IMG/VR virus record: IMGVR_UViG_3300029258_002658
DNA: 60,176 nt
Source of the DNA: an uncultured virus (IMG/VR IMGVR_UViG_3300029258_002658)
Lineage: Duplodnaviria > Heunggongvirae > Uroviricota > Caudoviricetes
Reading direction: 5' to 3' (one strand)
The position numbers were made by a program, and so were the translations under genes. Under the pieces are notes generated by a model. It was not told where the DNA came from, ran no database searches, and was given only the letters and a program-made list of their open reading frames with translations. The stretch's first letter is position 1. Each line of letters starts with the position of its first letter. Of this stretch, positions 54,509 to 60,176 are shown piece by piece.

Positions 54509-55183
54509 ATGGACGCGCCTGACGATAGCCGATGTATGCAACGCATCCGGGCTCACATGGCCCTGGAAGGTGAACTTGCTACCCATGGGTTGAGTTTCTC
54601 CAACCTCCCGAAGTGGGGGTTCAATCCGAAGGGCCAGTGGTTGCCTCTGGGTGTCTGGTTCTACCCCCTCGTACCTCACTGCGACTTCACCCGAGGGTAT
54701 GCAAGCGAACGCACATTCGCGAACATAGGCAAGCTACCTGAAGGTAGAGTGCTGACGTTGTGGCCAGGACACCCAGCGGACTTCAGTGAAGATGCCTTAG
54801 AGAAGAGCCTCAATGCTATCCAGTCGCACACCTCGATTCCTGTCGTCGTCTCCCGCGAACCACGGGTTGTTACCGAAGGGTACCACCGTCGCTTCAACGT
54901 GTTGTACCGGTTCCTCACGGAGACATTGGCGGTCATGGGGAGACCGAAATCGGCACTCTTCAATCGGCTGCTTCACGTCGCGGGCTATGACGTTGTGGTG
55001 GACTACGGGTGCATGTCCTTGCACGTTGAGCCTTGCCAAGGTGTGCAGACATGGCCCAAGAGCCGGTTGGTCGAGACCATTGAAATCCCTCCTCAGTATC
55101 GACCGGGCAAGTACCTATTCGATGACATGGAAGGTCTCAAAGCGATGTTCCAAAAGGCCAGGGAGTTTGGGGGCTCATGCTGA
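54509..55183 (+). CDS. Hypothetical protein, possibly ART-like fold
   Basis: 224 aa; SFSNLPKWGFNP...PLGVWFYP...GYDVVVDYG...EPCQGV. Confidence 0.6.
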   Translation: MDAPDDSRCMQRIRAHMALEGELATHGLSFSNLPKWGFNPKGQWLPLGVWFYPLVPHCDFTRGYASERTFANIGKLPEGRVLTLWPGHPADFSEDALEKSLNAIQSHTSIPVVVSREPRVVTEGYHRRFNVLYRFLTETLAVMGRPKSALFNRLLHVAGYDVVVDYGCMSLHVEPCQGVQTWPKSRLVETIEIPPQYRPGKYLFDDMEGLKAMFQKAREFGGSC

Positions 55184-55959
55184 TCCGCATCACAAGCCAG
55201 TGCGCTATGGGCTGCTCGCATTGCATGGAGGACGCTACTCCAATAGGTGAACACATGACCTTCGAGACCTTCCAGAAGGCCTTGCAGTTCGACCTTCGCG
55301 TCGAGCAGACCGTCAAGGACATCCCTGGTTGCGACGTGATCCTCCTATCTGGAGGAGAGCCCACGGAACACCCCCAAGTCGTAGAGTTCATCGAAGCCGT
55401 TCGCGCTTCCGGTCGAAGGCCACTCCTACTCACCAACGGGATGTGGCTCGAAGACACTGAGTTGCGTGACCGTATCCTCTCGCCTGAGTTCCCCGACCTC
55501 CTGGTCCAGGTGACCAACGACCCCCGCTTCTACCCTCAACAACCGCCCAAGGTAGAAGACAAGCGGATCACCTACGTGGGTGCGCTTCGGGGATTGATCC
55601 CCCTGGGAAGGTTCGCAGGGAAGACACACCCGGAACTCCCCACCAAGTCTGCCCCCTCTTGTTTTAACCTACGGTCGCTTACACGAGGAACAGGTGACTT
55701 CGACAGGGCCGTCGCCATGCTTCGGGTGAAGGGCCTCACAGGGTTCTCTGGGATGTGTACCCCGAGCGTCTCCCCGGACGGCAGCGTCGTAGCGGGTGAG
55801 TCCCGTCTGTGTCACAAGATCGGTGACGTGAACACACTCTCGGCGGTCCTGACCCTGAACATCCTCAGGATGGGATCGTGCGACAGGTGCGGCTTGGAGA
55901 GTCCTCTTCAGGGTCAGTTCCGGGAGGCCATTTTTGGAAGAAGTGATGCTTCAGCCTGA
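55177..55959 (+). CDS. Radical SAM protein
   Basis: CxxxCxxC (CAMGCSHC); LSGGEPTEHP; LTNG; further C-terminal cysteines. Confidence 0.88.
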   Translation: MLIRITSQCAMGCSHCMEDATPIGEHMTFETFQKALQFDLRVEQTVKDIPGCDVILLSGGEPTEHPQVVEFIEAVRASGRRPLLLTNGMWLEDTELRDRILSPEFPDLLVQVTNDPRFYPQQPPKVEDKRITYVGALRGLIPLGRFAGKTHPELPTKSAPSCFNLRSLTRGTGDFDRAVAMLRVKGLTGFSGMCTPSVSPDGSVVAGESRLCHKIGDVNTLSAVLTLNILRMGSCDRCGLESPLQGQFREAIFGRSDASA

Positions 55960-56149
55960 TCCGGAATGGTTAGCCGGATACCGCAAGATCAAGTGGATGC
56001 TGCGCGTCCTCTTGGTTCTCCTCATCGCGTTCATGGTCACTACTAAGACCTGGGTCATCCTACCAGGGGTGGTGAGCCTGATCGGTAGCATGTTCATATC
56101 CAAAGCCATTGTATCAGTGGCTCTCGTAAGGAGCGACGATGCCAGCTAA
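55946..56149 (+). CDS. Small 2-TM membrane protein
   Basis: Two hydrophobic segments. Confidence 0.5.
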   Translation: MLQPDPEWLAGYRKIKWMLRVLLVLLIAFMVTTKTWVILPGVVSLIGSMFISKAIVSVALVRSDDAS

Positions 56150-56789
56150 GGTCACCATCCTCAACAAGTTCGAGCCTCTTCCTGGTCCAGGCTTCGAGAT
56201 CGACACTACGAGCCGTGCTGATACTTGGACCCGTGGGTTCAGCCCTTTCGTCCTTGGTCCATGCCCTCTCTACCAAGGGCATACGGCACGGATCATGGAG
56301 AACGGGTGGCAGTTCGCGAAGCTGTATGCCGAGTTCGCGAAGCCGGATGGATACCCTGCACCGGAGTATTGGAAGTGGGCGCGAGCAGGGTGGTTGAGCA
56401 AGAGAGCGAACCGCTACCCGATGGGGAAAGGTGCAAAGCCTCTGTGTCACTTCTGGGACGGAGAGTGTCTGAGCTACATCGCGGCCCGTAAGCGGATTTT
56501 CATTCCTCTGTACGTAAGGGCTTTGTTTGGATCCCCTGCGTGGCGGGAACTCCAGAAGATCCGGGTTCGGGAGAAGCAGATCTACCTTCGTGACTTCGAC
56601 GGTTACAACCACGAAGCAGCGGATATGAGCCTCACCGAGGTGATGAACAACCTGAAGCGGACCATGGGCCATGCCTTCGTCATCCTGATGATGTTGCAGG
56701 CCTACGACCAAGGAGCGCATACGAGCGCGGAGATCCTGGAGGCCATCCCCTACGGGGAGGACCCTCCGCCGCCCCGGTCCCTGTTCTGA
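56139..56789 (+). CDS. DUF6939-like conserved hypothetical protein
   Basis: DTTSR...FSPF...ENGWQFAKLY...SYIAARKRIFIPLY...LRDFD...GHA; family assignment from recalled motif pattern only. Confidence 0.55.
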   Translation: MPAKVTILNKFEPLPGPGFEIDTTSRADTWTRGFSPFVLGPCPLYQGHTARIMENGWQFAKLYAEFAKPDGYPAPEYWKWARAGWLSKRANRYPMGKGAKPLCHFWDGECLSYIAARKRIFIPLYVRALFGSPAWRELQKIRVREKQIYLRDFDGYNHEAADMSLTEVMNNLKRTMGHAFVILMMLQAYDQGAHTSAEILEAIPYGEDPPPPRSLF

Positions 56790-56862
56790 TGCTCTCGGAA
56801 GGAGTCGAACCTTCAGTCTCCGGCTCCGGAGGCCGGTGTTTTTCCAGCTAAACTACGAGAGC
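56790..56862 (-). tRNA. tRNA-Arg(CCG)
   Basis: GCTCTCG/CGAGAGC acceptor; CCGGC-CTCCGGA-GCCGG; GAAGG-TTCGACT-CCTTC. Confidence 0.92.
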
Positions 56863-56891
56863 GGGTCAGTTTGGAGGGCCAGATCTTCGGA

Positions 56892-56921
56892 CCCTGAAAC
56901 TGCAAAACTTTTTCACTTTCG
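56892..56921. repeat. AT-rich palindrome, copy 4
   Basis: CCCTGAAACTGCAAAACTTTTTCACTTTCG directly before the GGAGG RBS of the 56933 ORF. Confidence 0.8.
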
Positions 56922-56932
56922 GAGGATCGAGT

Positions 56933-58264
56933 ATGGGCGACGTGCCCCCAAAGACACTGGATGAACTATCTGAGTCCGACCTGTCGCTGGTTAAGTATGC
57001 TTGTGGACTCCGCATGAGAGGAATCCCCGTTGGATCCTTGGAAGATTTCCTAGATGTGTGGGAAGACCATGGTGATTCTCCTCGGCAGAAGATCGCAAAG
57101 GACATCGTAGATCGTTTCGGATCCTACAATGTCTTCTACGGCTTCGTGATGCTGCTGCGGAAGTTCCCGTGGCTTGTCTTGGGAGAAGAGGCTGCTGATG
57201 GATGCTGGTCACAACCTGGGCTAGACGGATGGGATTGGAAGTACGTACAACAGGCGCAAGAGTTCCTCCGGAAGGGTATCTGCATAGATACGATGGAGGA
57301 TTTCCTCGAAGCGCGGGAAGTGCTGAACAAGACCTCCGCTGCCGATACTCTGCACAGGAGATTCGGCTCCTACGCTAACTTCCTATACACGGTACGTTGG
57401 GCGAACGATAGATACCCCTCACCCGTAGCCGGAGCCCTGGGAGGATGTTGCGCTGACCTATCCAACGGTCCTGCTACTGAGGACTTGGACGATGACTTGG
57501 AAGACAACGGTGACGGGGATGGGGAGTGGGATACGGGGGATCCCTTCGGAGGAGCCTCGGAGGACGAAGTCGGAGACCCCGAAGGGGAGGGCGAGGATCC
57601 TAAGTGTGAGGTTTGCGGAAGGCTTAAGTTCAAGTGCGTTCGTAACTGTGATGACTGTGGAAAGGAGATGTGTGAGGCGTACTTGTACTCGTGGCCTGTC
57701 CAGAATGAACATGGACTCTTCTATCGTTACCGGGATCACATATGCAGGACCTGTTTCGACAAGCGGATAGCTAGTCTCCGAGAGCCATCTCCCCTTGATG
57801 ACCCGTGGCCTGAGGTACCAGATATCGCGGTGACTCCGAAAGGAATGGATATGGGTAGTTCGGTAGAAGGCATAGAGTTCCCTTGCCCAGTCAGTCGCTT
57901 CTGTCTATTCGGTGACAACAAGGGTAGGTGCTTGGAGCCCTTACTGGGGCAAGTGAACAACCGCGTGATCGGTCCCTGTACCCAGTTCGTCGCTGACCCT
58001 TACACCTCTGCAATGCTTCCTGGTGGGAGGGAGAAGGTGCGGGGAATCCTGAAGAACTACGGGATCAACGTCCAGCCTGGGAATCGTGACTATACCGCTA
58101 TGGTGCTTTCCCAGATCGTGGGTGTGATCTACCCGGTAGTTCGGAACCTAAACGGTCCTGAGCGGCTTCAGTTTGTAACACGGATTGCGAACCAGCTTAC
58201 CCGATGGAAGGAGGTTGAACTGGAGCAATTCCTCGCCACGTCACTGGAGGACCCGGAAGAGTAG
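56933..58264 (+). CDS. Multidomain hypothetical protein with an internal duplication and Cys-rich regions
   Basis: Two GI..(s/t).EDFL...RFGSY..F repeats; acidic linker; CEVC, CDDC, CRTC. Confidence 0.7.
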   Translation: MGDVPPKTLDELSESDLSLVKYACGLRMRGIPVGSLEDFLDVWEDHGDSPRQKIAKDIVDRFGSYNVFYGFVMLLRKFPWLVLGEEAADGCWSQPGLDGWDWKYVQQAQEFLRKGICIDTMEDFLEAREVLNKTSAADTLHRRFGSYANFLYTVRWANDRYPSPVAGALGGCCADLSNGPATEDLDDDLEDNGDGDGEWDTGDPFGGASEDEVGDPEGEGEDPKCEVCGRLKFKCVRNCDDCGKEMCEAYLYSWPVQNEHGLFYRYRDHICRTCFDKRIASLREPSPLDDPWPEVPDIAVTPKGMDMGSSVEGIEFPCPVSRFCLFGDNKGRCLEPLLGQVNNRVIGPCTQFVADPYTSAMLPGGREKVRGILKNYGINVQPGNRDYTAMVLSQIVGVIYPVVRNLNGPERLQFVTRIANQLTRWKEVELEQFLATSLEDPEE

Positions 58265-58302
58265 GCCGGGGAGGACTCGAACCTCCACCCGCGACTTAGG
58301 AG
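58262..58302 (-). pseudogene. 3' half of tRNA-Arg(CCT)
   Basis: CTCCTAA-GTCGC-GGGT-GGAGG-TTCGAGT-CCTCC-CCGGCCT-A; 5' half not found. Confidence 0.7.
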
Positions 58303-58435
58303 AAGCGCAAGAGCCGTGAAGTCTGGAAGCGAGGCTGTGTCGAGAACTTCCCCCGGCAACTCGGGCCGTATGAACTGCTTCGTCGTACCCTCAACAACGC
58401 GATGGATCGAGGAGTTGGTTCTCAAGGAGTAACCG

Positions 58436-58660
58436 ATGCCTAAGCAACGCCATCCTCTCTCGAAGGATGAACTCGAAGCCTTCATGCAGGACGCCCAGAA
58501 GCGGGTCAAGGTTCACTGCGATGACTACCACCCGCATTACGCCTTGCGAGGCTGTGTCGTCCCGGATGAGAAGACAGGGGGAGACGAACGGGACGTGACG
58601 ATCTGCAAACTGATCGAGTACATCTCATGGCTACGGGAACGAGTACCGGAAGGAAACTGA
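58436..58660 (+). CDS. Small hypothetical protein
   Basis: AAGGAG RBS; 74 aa. Confidence 0.6.
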   Translation: MPKQRHPLSKDELEAFMQDAQKRVKVHCDDYHPHYALRGCVVPDEKTGGDERDVTICKLIEYISWLRERVPEGN

Positions 58661-58661
58661 T

Positions 58662-59063
58662 ATGACTGAAATCCTGCGCCTGATTATTGAGTACGACGTG
58701 GCGAAGGATCAGTTCCACTACGTCGAGTGCGAATTCTCTTGGCAAGGGGTCCACGAGGTGGTTGAGGCCCATATCCGTAACCAGATAGGGACTGGTGCGG
58801 ACGGACGCCCTCCCACCGAGCGCGAGAAGTACAGACTAGCTCTGCAACTGGACGTAGCCGACGATCTCATCAAGGTTGATTCCGACTGCAACAACTGCGG
58901 CTTGCGAGAGGGGATCTTCGCGGAGTTTCTGCGTCAGCTGAACCACCCTTCGGCAGATAAACCTTGCTTGCACCCTGCTCGCCAGGGACGGCACGAGTGG
59001 TACACCACTGGAGAAGGGCATAGCCTGTGTCGGGCCTGCGGAGCCACGAAGGAAGAGCCATGA
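58662..59063 (+). CDS. Hypothetical protein
   Basis: 133 aa; tiles with neighbours; ATGA overlap with next ORF. Confidence 0.6.
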   Translation: MTEILRLIIEYDVAKDQFHYVECEFSWQGVHEVVEAHIRNQIGTGADGRPPTEREKYRLALQLDVADDLIKVDSDCNNCGLREGIFAEFLRQLNHPSADKPCLHPARQGRHEWYTTGEGHSLCRACGATKEEP

Positions 59064-59383
59064 CCACTAAAATACGCCGGGGACGATGGGGGAAGCCGCA
59101 GAACGCCATCCTTGTGAGCGGTGCCTATACTGAGTTCCCGAGGATGGTGACGTTGACGTTGAGGGTCGAAGATGAAGAGGTCCCTCGAACCGTCATCCTC
59201 CTGCCCAAGGACTTGGGCGACCACTTCCCCTCCCGAGCCCAAGCCCATGCAATGGGGATGTCCTACCAAACCTCTGCCAATTCCGCTGTCCACGCTTCAG
59301 CACCCCACCCCTCGAACGACCAGCAGCTTCGGGACTGGTGGGGGAATGCTGGGTATCCCGTTTCTACTCCCAACGAAGACTGA
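59060..59383 (+). CDS. Hypothetical protein
   Basis: Starts at an ATGA overlap. Confidence 0.55.
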   Translation: MTTKIRRGRWGKPQNAILVSGAYTEFPRMVTLTLRVEDEEVPRTVILLPKDLGDHFPSRAQAHAMGMSYQTSANSAVHASAPHPSNDQQLRDWWGNAGYPVSTPNED

Positions 59384-59458
59384 TGCCCGTGGCGGGAGTC
59401 GAACCCGCACATGACCTGGGTTTGAGCCAGGGCCTCTGCCATGTTGGGCCACACGGGC
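59384..59458 (-). tRNA. tRNA-Leu(CAA) with short variable region
   Basis: GCCCGTG/CACGGGC acceptor; CCTGG-CTCAAAC-CCAGG; 6-nt variable loop; GCGGG-TTCGACT-CCCGC. Confidence 0.82.
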
Positions 59459-59476
59459 TAAGCTAAGGAGACTTCT

Positions 59477-59680
59477 ATGGCCGACGATGCTTTGTACCCT
59501 AGCTCCTCCCAGGTACTGAAAGACTTCGAGGCCATGATGGAGAGGCTAAAGCCGTACCTGCCCTCACCATCGGCCCCCGTAGAGCCGAAACCTCAACGGT
59601 GGAGGACCAACCCGAAAACAATCAGGTACGGCGGGATCCTGGCGAATGGATATCACCATCTACTACCGACCTTCCGTTGA
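59477..59680 (+). CDS. Small hypothetical protein
   Basis: AAGGAG RBS; overlaps the next ORF by 35 bp. Confidence 0.45.
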   Translation: MADDALYPSSSQVLKDFEAMMERLKPYLPSPSAPVEPKPQRWRTNPKTIRYGGILANGYHHLLPTFR

Positions 59681-59885
59681 CATGGACCTCGACAAAGCCC
59701 TAGAGGAGGAGGCTAAGAAGTACGGAGCCGAGCGCACTGGAAGCGGCTTCTTCTTCCCCGAGGCGACTCGTGACATCGGCTTCGATAGGTTCAAGACCAC
59801 CGACGATGTCGATTCCTTCCGTGAGGCCGCTCACGATCTGGTCGAAGAGGCCAGAGCGGAGTGGGTGGATCCCCTCTCCTGTTAG
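59646..59885 (+). CDS. Small hypothetical protein
   Basis: 79 aa; abuts tmk. Confidence 0.55.
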   Translation: MDITIYYRPSVDMDLDKALEEEAKKYGAERTGSGFFFPEATRDIGFDRFKTTDDVDSFREAAHDLVEEARAEWVDPLSC

Positions 59886-60176
59886 ATGCCTATCATTGTC
59901 TTTGAAGGACCCGATGGGGTGGGGAAGACCACCCAGTGCCGTCTCCTCCAGGAGCGGCTGGAAGCACTTGGTTGGGAGGTGGTTCCTCTCCGTGAGCCTA
60001 CCCACGGACCGTGGGGACAAAAGATCCGAGAGGCGGCTCGGACCGATACGAGGCCGGATCCCCAAACCGAGGCTGAGTGGTTCATGCACGACCGGCGGGA
60101 GGATGTTGAGCAGAACATCAGGCCTGCTTTGGCAGATGGGAAGGTCGTCATCCTCGACCGCTACTTCTACTCGACT
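59886..60176 (+). CDS. tmk: Thymidylate kinase (partial, runs off the window)
   Basis: MPIIVFEGPDGVGKTTQ...LREPT...DR...IRPALADGKVVILDRYFYS. Confidence 0.93.
   Translation, partial: MPIIVFEGPDGVGKTTQCRLLQERLEALGWEVVPLREPTHGPWGQKIREAARTDTRPDPQTEAEWFMHDRREDVEQNIRPALADGKVVILDRYFYST

Noticed and set aside
54362..55217. Diversity-generating retroelement template/variable repeat pair
   Set aside because: Mismatches are not adenine-specific, the repeat is at a gene 5' end, and no reverse transcriptase is present in the window.
15234..56921. Palindromes as transposon ends or a degenerate CRISPR array
   Set aside because: Copies are 8-22 kb apart; no transposase, target-site duplication or cas gene was seen.
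58262..58440. Intron-containing tRNA-Arg(CCT)
   Set aside because: No matching 5' exon or group I intron core was found nearby.
55..60151. Most overlapping or antisense ORFs in the six-frame track (e.g. 55-705, 1036-1713, 24017-24898, 24354-25202, 42731-43537)
   Set aside because: Shadow frames of GC-rich genes; they lack an RBS or motifs and overlap better-supported CDSs.
1..60176. Stop-codon reassignment (alternative genetic code)
   Set aside because: Long genes are intact under the standard code; TAG, TGA and TAA all end genes next to the following RBS; no suppressor tRNA is present.
1..60176. Assignment to a specific virus family or capsid type
   Set aside because: No capsid, portal, terminase, packaging ATPase or tail gene is recognisable in this window.

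Overview
GC-rich, densely coding 60 kb segment that reads as part of a large bacterial virus (or virus-like element) genome. No capsid, terminase, integrase, rRNA or CRISPR array is recognisable in the window, and all product calls rest on sequence motifs only. Contents: (i) replication and nucleotide genes: family A DNA polymerase, family-4 uracil-DNA glycosylase, two RecD/Dda-like SF1 helicases, DnaG-type TOPRIM primase, probable SSB, thioredoxin and a partial thymidylate kinase; (ii) an 'early'-type run of small ORFs (2.6-10.8 kb) preceded by a repeated TAC(AC/GT)CACTATA promoter-like motif and structured leaders; (iii) a membrane/lipoprotein block (18.5-28 kb) plus an outer-membrane beta-barrel-like gene, pointing to a diderm host; (iv) several large multidomain 'polyvalent' proteins (NUDIX, ADP-ribosyltransferase-like, transglutaminase/papain-like, HExxH zincin, GNAT, GHKL ATPase); (v) five minus-strand tRNAs and one tRNA half interleaved with plus-strand ORFs. 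Best leads: a short recurring T/V-x-(S/A/G)-G-P/G motif at the domain boundaries of the polyvalent proteins (possible protease-processed polyprotein cargo system); a duplicated, covarying pseudoknotted 5' leader RNA (7143, 7456); a four-copy 23-bp AT-rich palindrome at gene ends, one on the stop codon of a ParB-like gene; and a non-canonical 8/4 tRNA-Ser.
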